From assembly GCA_020137815.1 (NCBI GenBank), contig CM035360.1:7254001-7318000 (forward strand): a stretch of 64,000 nucleotides of DNA. The letters are read 5' to 3'. The notes under the pieces are model-generated. The model worked only from the letters and a program-made list of their open reading frames with translations, searched no databases and had not been told where the DNA came from. Source of the DNA: Hormiphora californensis (lineage: Eukaryota; Animalia; Ctenophora). Both the position numbers and the translations under genes were made by a program. Of this stretch, positions 47,714 to 58,900 are shown in pieces. Numbering within the stretch: position 1 is the stretch's first letter; every line of letters begins with the position of its first letter.

Positions 47714-50434
47714 GAGAGTCTTCTTTCACTAATTTTGTACCTCACAGAGTGGGTTCTTTTCTCGAGTAATGTGTGATCGTTGTCTGCTCTTAGCCCTTGT
47801 GGTTTTGCCGATCTTTTAGTCACCATTTCCATTAGGTATTTCGGAGCTCTGTGATTGATCACATTAAACATGAGGAAGCATATTTTGTAGCAGATTCTCA
47901 TATTGACTGGTAAGAAGTGTAACTCTTTTCTGAGTACAGTGATCCCTCGGCGTTCCCTCGTGCCCCGAACAAACCTCACTGCAGCATTTTGAAGTTTCTG
48001 TAGCCTCTGTATTTGTGATGTCTTGATACCATAAAGCAGAGAGTTCCCAAAGTCCAGGATGGAGTGTATGAAGACGTTAACAAGTCTCACTTTGGAGTCT
48101 TTATCTAGCTTTCCAGTTATACGCCACATGTTATGAAGATACATAGAGCAGCGTCTGACCACTTGTGACACATGGCTTTCCATTGACAGTGTTTCATCAA
48201 AGTAGATTCCAAGATTTCTAGCACATTTCGTTGTTTCCTTTGGTTCACCAAACACTTTAACTGTCTTAGGATTATCTGTAGTGTCATGTTTTGAGCGGAT
48301 CACCATAACTTCAGTCTTACTTGTGTTTAATTTCAGACGATTGTGGACCATCCATCTACGAATTTCTTCAAGGCATAGCTCAATTCGAGTTTCTGTTGCC
48401 GAGAAATCAGCTGGCTGAAATTCACAGTATACCTGGGAATCATCTGCATACAGGTGTAGTAGGACTCCATGTTTTTTCCCGATCTCTTCTAGCTCTCTTG
48501 TGTACATGACAAATAGTAGTGGTCCCAGTATAGACCCTTGCGGCACTCCTATTCTCATTTCTCGAGGAGAAGATGTTGTTCCTCCTACCTTGACTGAAGC
48601 TTTTCTTCCCGACAGATAAGAGGAGAACCATCGTAGTGCGACACCAGTTATACCATAATCACGCTCCAGTCTGGATATCAATCTCCCATGTTCAATCGTG
48701 TCAAAAGCCGCTGATAGGTCTAAAAGTAACAGCACTGCTTTCGATTTTTTATCGGTTATGACCAACAGATCATCCAGTATTTTAGTGGTAGCTGTTTCTA
48801 CGCTATGTCCTTTTCTGTAGGCAGACTGTATTGATGGTAGCAGTTTGTTGTTTTCAAGGTATTCCGTGAGTTGTAGCGCTACTGCTTTCTCGACGATTTT
48901 GGATAAGAAAGGTAGATTGGACACTGGACGATAGTTCTTTAAATCGTTCTTGTCATCTTGTTTGTAAGAGGGTCTTATTTGGGCTACCTTTAAAGCAGTT
49001 GGGAACTCTCCATTAGCCAGGCTCTTATTAACTACCGTAGTTATTACTGGGGATAGTTCTGGCAGGAGTTTGGTCACGAATGATGTTGGCAGGGGATCAA
49101 GATCACACGCCTTATGCGACATATCGCGGACCAAAGATCGAATACTTTCCTCTGATAGTGGGCTAAACTCCTTGAATTGACAGTTGAGGGTACGTGTATA
49201 TTGCAGTGTCTTGACCTGGTCGCCCAGTTTTTTCGCTTCTTCCTCAATGTCTGCTGAAATTCTCTCAACCTTTTCTTGAAAGAATTCAGCAAACTTGTCC
49301 GCAAGAACTTGATCCTCGTATCCTTCTGGCTGTTCCTGTGGTGTTTTATCACGACCCATCAAGTAGTTGGTTAGTTTGAAGAAAGCAGCAGCATTGTTTT
49401 TTGAATCCTTAATTTTAGTCGAGAAAAAGTCTTGTCTTGCCTTCCTTATGATCTTGCCTGCCTCATTACTTGCCATTTTTCTTAGTTTCAGAGCGTCACA
49501 CAGTTTCTTCACATCCCAGCTGTTTTTTAACACTGATCTATACCACCTCTCGGCTTTCCTTCGCTTCCGTTTTGCAACTTCACAAGCTAAGTTATACCAC
49601 GCTGGTTTCCCTTTCAGTGGAATTAGTTTTGGTGTTTCAGGGGCAATTTCATTCAGGAACTCAAGGAGAGTGTTATTGTATAGCTCAACACACTCTTCCA
49701 CATTTTCAGGAAAATCTCCACCAATCAGATCCGATTGCAGAATTCTTTCGACTAGATCTTCTAGGTCCAGGTTTTTAAGGGATCTACAAACAACGAGTTT
49801 TCTCTGTTTACTATTGGCTACTCCAATGTGTAATCCCATCTCAATCTGGTAATGATCAGGAAGGAAAACCTTTTCAGTAGTTTTGATGTTAGAGACTCCC
49901 GGGGCATCCTCTGAGTTTCTGCAAATCACTAAATCTAGTGTTCCTCCATCCTTGTGTGTGGGACCCTGAACTCTTTGTATATACCCATGGTCTTCTATTA
50001 TACCCATAAAGTCAGCTGTAAGCTTATCTTTGGGTCGTTCAACGTGAACATTGAGATCTCCAACGATCATAGATCCTTTTCTCTCAGCAAAACCCAGCAG
50101 GAAATCCTCAAGTTCTTCCAGAAAGCATTGGTTTTGTCTCCTCGTAGGAGAGCTATATACCACAGCCACTGTTGTCCTCTGTAGGCCTTTTCCACTGATT
50201 GTTGCCTCCAAGATCTCCATTGATTTGAACTGTTTGCTTTTCTTGGGGTTAGTCACATTGATCCCATCTCTGAAGATTACACCCACTCCCCCTCCTGGAG
50301 ATCCTCGACTTTTGTGCACCAGGGAGTACCCGTATTCAGAGATCTCTCGTTCTAGAGACTTTTCATTCACATGCAGCCACGTTTCTGTTACAAAAATCAC
50401 ATCAAGTCCCTCCCAAACCGCTTCCTCCATGATT
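47714..50434 (-). pseudogene. LINE ORF2 (APE + RT), open but truncated and split
   Basis: VTETW, GGGVG, GDLN, TLDL, PDH, YRPVSNL, LDLSAAFD, PQGSILGP, YADD. The N-terminal ~30 aa and last ~16 aa of the 957-aa ORF call come from flanking elements. Confidence 0.9.
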
Positions 50435-51584
50435 TCATGTGTTAACGTGTAGCTTGGCAAACGTTGCTGGCGGGATAAGGCAGCGCTTTTCAAACGTGTA
50501 GCGCACGCCACAAAATTTCTAAATTTCACTTAAAAAATAGACTTTAAGGCAGCGCTTTTCAATTGGCAAACGTTGCTGGCCCCCAGGCAGCGCTTTTCAA
50601 GCTTTTATTTTCAAAAATCGGGTCTGATTTCGGAATTTAAAAACAAAACACCCAGAATACGCCCGCGCGGCGTCAAGCACATGAAGTTTTCGCCGCACAT
50701 CTTAGTGAATTATGCGCTGCGGCTAAAATTTGTACTTAAAACGCTGCAATAAGTGAGCCGCGTAGACAAGCAGCTCAGATTTTGGACGAATTTTCTTTTT
50801 GGTTTTTTGTGGGAAACGTTAAAATTTGGAATGCGCTGCAGCCCCCTCATGCGCGCACCCCCGCAACGAGGGGACTGAAGGGAATGCCGCGCGCGCGTTT
50901 GGCCTGAGCTCAGGACGGGCCCGGCTGGGTCGAAGATAACTTTGCGAGCGAAAAAACGGCGGTGCTTATAACTTTGGCCCCTGAAGTCCGTTTGACTTGA
51001 TTCTTTCACTAGCTGTTAGATCTGACAATTATCTACCTTGCTGTTTTTGAGAGAAGTAAATTGGACTTCAGGAAGCTGAGCAATAGCCGTTCAAAGATTG
51101 GTTGTTTTCAAAAAGTGACGTCACAGATCCCTGCAGGGACACTTTGTTTCAAATTTGAATTAAAATCTCGAATTTTTTATTTTACCGCACTCGATTTTGC
51201 GGAGTTTGGTTCATATCTCCTGTTCCTGATAAGATAGAGACTTGAAACCGGTTGCATTTGAAAGCTGTTATCTTCCTCTTTCCAACGCTACCAAAACGAT
51301 TTTTGTACCTTAACTGGAACCGGAGATATGATTGATTATGTATTCCCCCCTAGCGCGGTATTCCCTCCAGGCCCCTATATTATATTATAAGGGGCCTGCA
51401 ACGTATGCCAACGTTAAAATCTGGGTGTTTTGAGTTTTGAGTTTTGTTGGAGTGTCAGGCGTCAGCAGTCAGCACTCACAGTTTTTAGGGTTAGGGTCAT
51501 TGTAGGCTGGGGTTAGGGCTTGTGTGGTTTATGGTTAGCCGTTAGAGCTATTTCCGGTAGCGTGCACCTGTAAACAGGCCTGTA

Positions 51585-51842
51585 AATCCATCATCCGTCC
51601 AATCCTCCATCTTTCGTCAAACTTTCCACCACCCGTCCTATCCTCCACCATCTCTCCCATCCTCCATCATCCGTCCAATCCCCCACCATCCGTCCAATCC
51701 CCCACCATCCTTCCTATCCTCCACCATCCATCCTTCACCATCCATCCTATCCTCCATCATCCTGTTCCTATCCTCTATCAGCTGTCCTAGACACTACCAT
51801 CACTCCCATCCTCCACCATCCGTCCTATTTCACCACCATCCC
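51585..51842. repeat. Degenerate ~16-19-bp C-rich tandem repeat (ccatccgtccaatcctcca)
   Basis: Seen directly. Confidence 0.75.
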
Positions 51843-52372
51843 GAGTTAGGAGAGACGTCCTCCACATATTGTTCAGAGCTAGGGTTTTTTGAGTGCGTAT
51901 TCTTGTTCGTTTGTGTGTGGTGGGTGTATGGGTTAGTAGGATCTTGGCAACTGAGATGTGGAGTAGAGTCTGAGGGTAGTCGAGAATTGGCCGAGTATGG
52001 GCCAGGAGAAAACAGTTACAAGAAACGTGTACCGTTACGAAAACGGCTGAAAGTGCAGTTATTCCTGCAGACTGTAAATGAACACTTCGAAAGTGATGAT
52101 AAGTACGTGTTTATCAATGACAATCTTACTATTTTTATGTAAACGATGTGTGCTGAACATGATTTACTGTTTCCAAGTAGTCTAGGTATGCTGTGTCCGT
52201 CTGTGTGTGCACCTTTGTGTTCTCTTGTGAGATGACCATTTTTTAATTAACTTATTTAACTTAACTTATTTGTGTTTTGTGTATGTCTTTATTTTTTGGG
52301 TGTTGGGGTATAAGTGTGAGTGTTAGTGTGAGTGTGAGTGTGAGTTTGAGTGTGAGTTCTTTGTGTGTGTGG

Positions 52373-52405
<33 letters not shown>

Positions 52406-52659
52406 GTGGTGTTTTGTAACTATCGTATTTTTAACTAACTTATTCGCCTTTTTCTTTTCGATTTTAGTAATTTATTAAACCTGGTTAAATCTATCTGTCC
52501 GTTTAGCTCTCAGCTCATTGTTACCCGTCTCATTGGTTCGTCTGTGTGTGTTTGTCCCGCTTTAGGTAACTGCTGTTGTGCTATTAGCCTCGGCCTAGAA
52601 GCGTATATTAATGTACTTAATTTTTAACTATATTTTATACGTATAGTGTAAGAGCGGGA

Positions 52660-53376
52660 TATATATGAGCTCAGCAACGCAAATCATCACAGGACACGCT
52701 CCTAATAGATATCACCTAAATAAGATCGGAAAAGCCGACTCCAATTCATGCCGACTGTGCGAGGAAGAAATAGAAACAATCGACCACATAATAACTAAAT
52801 GCCCAGCAATTATGCTTGACAGACATAAAGCATTCGAAGGCACCAACCCCACGGACCACATCACGGCACTAAGAACCTCAATCACCAAATCAGTTAAACT
52901 CTATAACATCTTCATGACAAAGGCATCTATAAAAGAAAGAGATGTTGATAGCACACACACCTAGGAAGCAAACCGCAACACCTAAAGTTGCAGAAAACTC
53001 ACAACCATAATATAAAACAATGCAGAAAATAAGGAATGCAGCGGAAGCAGAACCTACATCACCCTTATCACACTTTCAGACTGGATGTGCTCACCGGCAC
53101 GGAGGTGGCCCCCCCTAATACAGGAGGACCTCGAAAGCCATCTCCGTACACGGGGAGTATAACAGTCTGAAATTCAACCGCACAAAATCACGTAGCTACC
53201 GCCCGGGGCACCTAAGGCATCCCGATGGGCTGTCAAGGGTATCTCGACCCCCGGGTTGTATTTCATTCACAAGCATGCTATACCCCCCAGCAGCGGCAAA
53301 TCCGTCTAGGAAGCCTTATGGTATACCGCCAAATATGGCACCATACCAGCTGCTCAGAAGAAGAAGAAGAAGAAGA
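52660..53376 (+). mobile_element. Heavily 5'-truncated I/Loa-group-like LINE with (AAG)n tail and 12-bp TSD
   Basis: gtaagagcggga at 52648-52659 and 53377-53388. ORF 52665-52964 has ITGH...HL..IG...CRLC....ETIDHI..KCP, the ORF2 C-terminal zinc finger. Confidence 0.85.
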
Positions 53377-53775
53377 GTAAGAGCGGGAGAGTCATATATT
53401 TTCTTATATTGACTTGATATAAATTGTGAAGTTCATATTCATATTCATAAACACCCAGATCGTAACGGCGGCCCATTTTTTGTTTGAAAACTCAGTAATA
53501 CAGTTATTATTTAATAATTTTTTGCCCGTCTTTTTAGTAAATCCTTCTCGAAATTTAAGTTTTAACCCAACACTGAAGTGTTTGTATGTTCGTGTTTTGT
53601 TATGCTCGTGTTTTGTATCCAGTATCCGTACCACTTTTGAAAGTGAGCGAGTATGTCAAGCGTAGGCTGTTGGTGCGTGCTCCATTATTTTACACTATAA
53701 AGTGGTATATATAAATCATTATATTACATTTACATTTACATGTTTAACAATGATTCTGTTATAAAGGTAATAGTG

Positions 53776-54459
53776 ATGACGGAGTTCGCCACGAATGAAT
53801 CCCTCGCGGCCATGGGAGATCTCGTTTCCAAACTGGTTGAGAAACATGGACGGAAGAACAAACAGATCCTCGATGGAGACTTCAGCCTCCGAAAGAGACG
53901 GAAAGTTGAAAAATCTTCAAAGAAAGATCTCGCCGAAAAGAGAAAGCAGAAGAAGGAGTTGATGGAGAAGGGTCGAGAGGGTGTCGACAGTTTGAATGTT
54001 GTTCATGAGCGTGACTTGTCGAGGGTCGCAACAAAGGGAATTATCCAACTCTTTAATGCGGTCAAGCAGCACCAGAAAGAAGTCGACACCAAGTTGAAGA
54101 AAGTGAAAACTGAGGCTCAAAAGGACAAGGTTCAAAAATCCATAACCACCGGTTCTTTCCTCGATCTGATCAAGCCACAGGCGAAGGAGGAGACTGCAGA
54201 GTCTAAAGCTGAGGACAAGAAATGGGATGTTTTGAAGGACGACTTCCTAATGTCAAGTAAACCAAAAGATTGGAAAGAAGGGGGAGACGATGAGGAGGAG
54301 GAAGAGAGCGATGGGAGCATAGCACCTCAATCCGATCCTGAAGATAGTGACCCAGAAGATAGTGAAGAAGAAGAAGAAGAAGAAGATGAAGATGAAGATG
54401 AAGATGAAGAGGTCGAGAGTGATGGAAGTGAAGAAGAAGAAGAAGAGGAAAGTGATTGA
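53776..54459 (+). CDS. RRP15: RRP15-like ribosomal RNA processing protein (intronless; upstream in-frame ATG at 53740 possible)
   Basis: ERDLSRVATKGIIQLFNAVKQHQ, FLDLIK, WDVLKDDFLM...KDW and an acidic tail. Confidence 0.88.
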   Translation: MTEFATNESLAAMGDLVSKLVEKHGRKNKQILDGDFSLRKRRKVEKSSKKDLAEKRKQKKELMEKGREGVDSLNVVHERDLSRVATKGIIQLFNAVKQHQKEVDTKLKKVKTEAQKDKVQKSITTGSFLDLIKPQAKEETAESKAEDKKWDVLKDDFLMSSKPKDWKEGGDDEEEEESDGSIAPQSDPEDSDPEDSEEEEEEEDEDEDEDEEVESDGSEEEEEEESD

Positions 54460-54781
54460 AGTGAAGAAGAAGAAGAGGAGAGTGATTGATAGATGATTTG
54501 ATTTAAAGAGACTTTTAACTTATTGACACAACGCACTGTGGTATAATTTATTACTTTTATCAGCAACATTTCAGGGTTGTATATATTCTGTGTTTGTTTC
54601 TTATCTCTCCCCCTCAAGAGAGCCGACAACTGTTGTTTACTCCCTCACATGTCACGCCCCCACCTCTAATGAGCCAGGGTGTGAACCCCCCTCCCCCCTG
54701 AATATGAAATACACTTAGTTTCCCAATTTTCTCCCCTTCCCCAACAACTAACCACCCCTCCTCTCCATCTAGCACATCACC

Positions 54782-55564
54782 ATGGCCCGAAGGTACGACT
54801 CCCGAACAACCACGTTCTCCCCGGAGGGTCGCCTATACCAGGTTGAATACGCCATGGAGGCCGTTGGTCACGCAGCCACCTGTCTCGGGATCCTTGCTGA
54901 CGATGGTGTTGTCCTCGCGGTGGAAAGGAGGAACACAATCAACTCTCTACTGGATGATAGTTTCGGTTCTGAGAAGATCTACAGGTTGGGATCTGATGCT
55001 GCGTGCAGTGTGGCAGGGATTACTAGTGATGCAAACGTGCTGACATCCCGACTGAGGCTGATTGCCCAGAGGTATGAGTTCACCTACCAGGAGAGTATCC
55101 CCGTGGAACAGCTGGTGAGGAACATCTGTGATATCAAACAGAGATACACCCAAACTGGTGGACTCCGACCCTTTGGAGTTTCTCTCCTCTTCATGGGATG
55201 GGATAGCAGGTATGGATTCCAGCTGTACCAGTCCGACCCTTCCGGTAACTACGGAGGCTGGAAGGCAGCTTGTATTGGACACAACCACGCCTCTGCCGTC
55301 TCTCTACTGAAACAAGAGTACAAGGAGGAAGGGTGCACAATGAAGGAAGCACTTCTGCTGGCAGTTAAAGTTCTTAGCAAGACCCTTGACATCAACAAGC
55401 TGACTTCGGAGAAAATTCAGATTGCCACACTGACCCGTAGTGGAGATCGTACTGTGATTAAGGTGCTGAATGCTGACGATACTGGAAAGTTGATTACTGA
55501 TTACGAGGCAGAGGCCAAGAAGGCAGAGGAAGAAAAGAAGGGAGCGTCAGGATCCAAAGCTTAA
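54782..55564 (+). CDS. PSMA4: 20S proteasome subunit alpha type-4 (alpha3), intronless
   Basis: [27 protein letters not shown]...[13 protein letters not shown]...[15 protein letters not shown]. Confidence 0.96.
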   Translation: MARRYDSRTTTFSPEGRLYQVEYAMEAVGHAATCLGILADDGVVLAVERRNTINSLLDDSFGSEKIYRLGSDAACSVAGITSDANVLTSRLRLIAQRYEFTYQESIPVEQLVRNICDIKQRYTQTGGLRPFGVSLLFMGWDSRYGFQLYQSDPSGNYGGWKAACIGHNHASAVSLLKQEYKEEGCTMKEALLLAVKVLSKTLDINKLTSEKIQIATLTRSGDRTVIKVLNADDTGKLITDYEAEAKKAEEEKKGASGSKA

Positions 55565-55964
55565 ATGAGATTTCAGATTGTGCAAGGTGTGACAGTGTTG
55601 AAAGTGGGTTGTGAGAGATACTATAATATATTGAACTTTGACTGGTTCAAAGATAACTAGGGATAACGTATTGCACTATATTGCATTATGATGGTATTGC
55701 ACTCATACACTTGTTTGTGTTTATTATTTGTAAACAACTTCTTTTTTCCGAGTTGACAAGTTATACAAAAATGTGTTTCATTTTCCACCAAACCTCCTTC
55801 ATCCCCCAAACCCTTCCCCTGTTTCCTATGGCCCATTCCACTGATCAATGCCTATGTTGTTCCTAGCGTGAAAGAAGGCCGAGGCGATTTTTTAGATGGT
55901 GATCAAAGGGTTAAGTATTGCAGCGACTAGTGTGTGACCAAGAGATATCTGAGGAGGAAACCCA

Positions 55965-58900
55965 ATGAATTATGTCACGTCAATCTTTACAAGTGTTAAA
56001 GGTTACTATGACGGAATAAATGGGGCTACACTCTCAGGTATATTGGTTTTATTAACTGGCTAATTACTTAATTAACTGGCTAGTTGGTCAACTAACTGGC
56101 TATGTTGTTAATTAGTTAATTGGCTGCCTAATTAATTGTACTCCCCCCTCAGGTGCACTAGATGTGATAGTGGTGAGACAACCTGATGGATCCTTCTCCT
56201 CTTCCCCCTTCCATGTCCGATTTGGAAAACTAAATGTACTACAGAGCAACGAACGATTGGTAAGAACCCATCTCATATTGCCTGAGGACTTGTCTGTTTA
56301 AATACTCTAGTATTAGGTTGTCCAGTAAATATTTTCGTTTGGCTTTTATGGAGAAAATGGTTTGAGATAAAGCAAAATGGACTTCACCACGCGATTTTGG
56401 GTCGAAATATCATGCCTGATATCGGTATGTGGTTGTTCTGGGGTCCCAGCAGGCTATTTTCTCTACCCCACTCTTGTTGCCGCTGCACGGAGTTACCAAA
56501 GTTTTTTAAACGCTTCCCTAAGAAAACTGGTACAGTCTTTTTAGCTCCAATGGTCCTTAATCGATAGCCAATCGTCTAAGGATGAAATATTTATGCGATT
56601 TGGGTCTCTACGCGTTCGCTAGTAACCACAAGAACAGTAAATGTAACATAAAAAGCGAAAAATACACATAAAAACCGGCCCGTTTTGGGGTACATGTTCG
56701 AAAACGTCAATTATTCACTTTAAAAGTCAACCAATCAAATAATTGGCTTTACTATGTCTTAGAACTATCTTTTACTGCAGAGTTTTTGATTATAGGCCAA
56801 TCTTGATGAGACAACTCTTGATTCATAACTGAAAGACAATTTGTTTCCAGGTAGAGCTAACGGTGAATGGCCGACCTGTCAGCCTCCAAATGAGGCTGGG
56901 AGGTAATGGAGAGGCATTCTTTTTAAAACAAGTCTATGAAGACGATGTAAGTGGTTAGATGGTCATGGTATATTCAACTGAGTCCACACAAACTTGGGAA
57001 CAAGTAAACTGTGGTGGCAATGCCACAGCCCCAAAATTCACCGTGTTTTCTTGAATAATATATCAATCTCCCTCTCAGATCTCTCCCTCACATCACCTCC
57101 CCCAGGAAGAGTACCCCTACGCAGAGATAATCGGCTCAGAGTACAACCTCCCCTCCTCTCCTGGTAGCGACCTCCTTAGGATGCGACAGGAATCAACTGC
57201 TCTCACTGAGGATGAGGAATTAACGGAAGTGTCGGACAATAGTGATATCAACTATCAGGTGGGTGATATCAACTATCAGGTGGGTGATATCAACTATCAG
57301 GTGGGTGATATCAACTATCAGGTGGGTGATATCAACTACCAGGTGGGTGATATCAACTATCAGGTGGGTGATATCAACTACCAGGTGGGTGATATCAACT
57401 ATCAGGTGGGTGATATCAACTACCAGGTGGGTGATATCAACTATCAGGTGGGTGATATCAACTATCAGGTGGGTGATATCAACTACCAGGTGGGAAACAG
57501 TAGCATTTTCATCCGCCACTACACTTTTTTTACAGTTTCATTGCATTTTCTGTCCCCTCCCTCGTTCAGTGTCTTTCAATAGTTGGCTAAGGGAGGGATA
57601 CATACTAACTTGTTTCATGTTAGGACGAGTACACTGGAGATGATTGTTTATCAGACAGCGAGTTGTACACAGTTCAACAGACGCAGCACCACCTTGACCA
57701 ACATAGTAACAGGATCGTTTGGAACTGGGGGAGTCTACCTTCTGATACCGCTGTATTTGTAAGTGATATATCTCAAACTGTATCATACGCCATCTGACTT
57801 TATATTTAATCATATTTCCTAAACCTCCCACATGACCCAACCTCTTGTATAACAGAGCTAACCACTTGTTCTAACCACTTGTATATCATTACAGAGCTAA
57901 CCACTTGTTCTAACCACGTGTATATCAGTACAGAGCTAACCACTTGTCCTAACCACTTCTCCTAACCACTTGTATATCAGTACAGAGCTAACCACTTGTT
58001 CACTAACCACTTGTATATCAGTACAGAGCTAACCACTTTTCCTAACCACTTTTCCTAACCACTTTTATATCATTACAGAGCTAACCACTTGTCCTAACCA
58101 CTTGTATATACAGTCGGACCCCGATTTAGTGGCATCCTCGGGGGAAAGAAATCCTGCCACTAAATCGGGGTGCCACTAAATCGGGGTGAGCCATATTTGG
58201 CCCATAAAAACCTATTTTATGCCCATTGCCCAAAATGCTATACTAAGACTAAAGACACCTCTAACTGTTATATGCAATATTCATGTATTGATTACATGAT
58301 CATTTCTGATTAGAAATAGAAAACTATCAAATAAATTTTTCAAAAAAATTGCGAAAAATTTAAGTTATACCAGCCCGTCCGAATTGTGTTTCGAATCGGT
58401 GCAGCTTCCTGGATGTCCTGTCTAATTAGCGGGTTCGAAACGAACTGATACGTGATACCATGCCAAATCGGGGCACCCTAAGCGGGTGAGGAAGTATCAA
58501 AATTTCAAAATAACTATTTCTCTCAAAATTTATGGGGAGCACCGATCAAAGCATTGACAATCGTACTGTAAAATTTTGCAAAAAAAGTTGTAAAATTTCC
58601 GAAGGCAATCACCCGGGATGATCTTTTTAGCACGCACGTGCTAAAAAGATCATTCAGGGTTTAGAAATCAGCAGATTGTGTAGTTAACTAAAAGTGTCCG
58701 TCCGTCCGTCCGTCCGTCCGTCACGGACAACGCCTAACAACAAGTCTGCTCCTTCATAAAACTTTCATCTCACGATTCGTTGATTCAATAAAGGAAATGA
58801 TTAACACACATTGTGGCACGCAAATTACTCGCTGATAGCACTTCCCACTATCACCTGAAATCACTTTGGGCGTCCTACATCCATGCTATGGAAGTGGTAG

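Larger units (their letters stand above)
39537..50450 (-). mobile_element. 5'-truncated APE-RT LINE (L2-like) interrupted by the Penelope complex; 3' limit approximate
   Basis: ORF2 runs 50450->47714 and resumes 40866->40731 (ERRLSIAGPQLWNELP...LKTHLF). Possible (GTGAA)n tail near 39540. Confidence 0.85.

Noticed and set aside
47656-50529. 957-aa ORF as an intact novel fusion protein
   Set aside because: Both ends are read-through into unrelated elements. The true C-terminus is displaced to 40731-40866.
57244-57495. 21-bp array as CRISPR, or the overlapping ORFs as separate repeat proteins
   Set aside because: No spacers, and it lies inside the lipin gene at an exon/intron junction.
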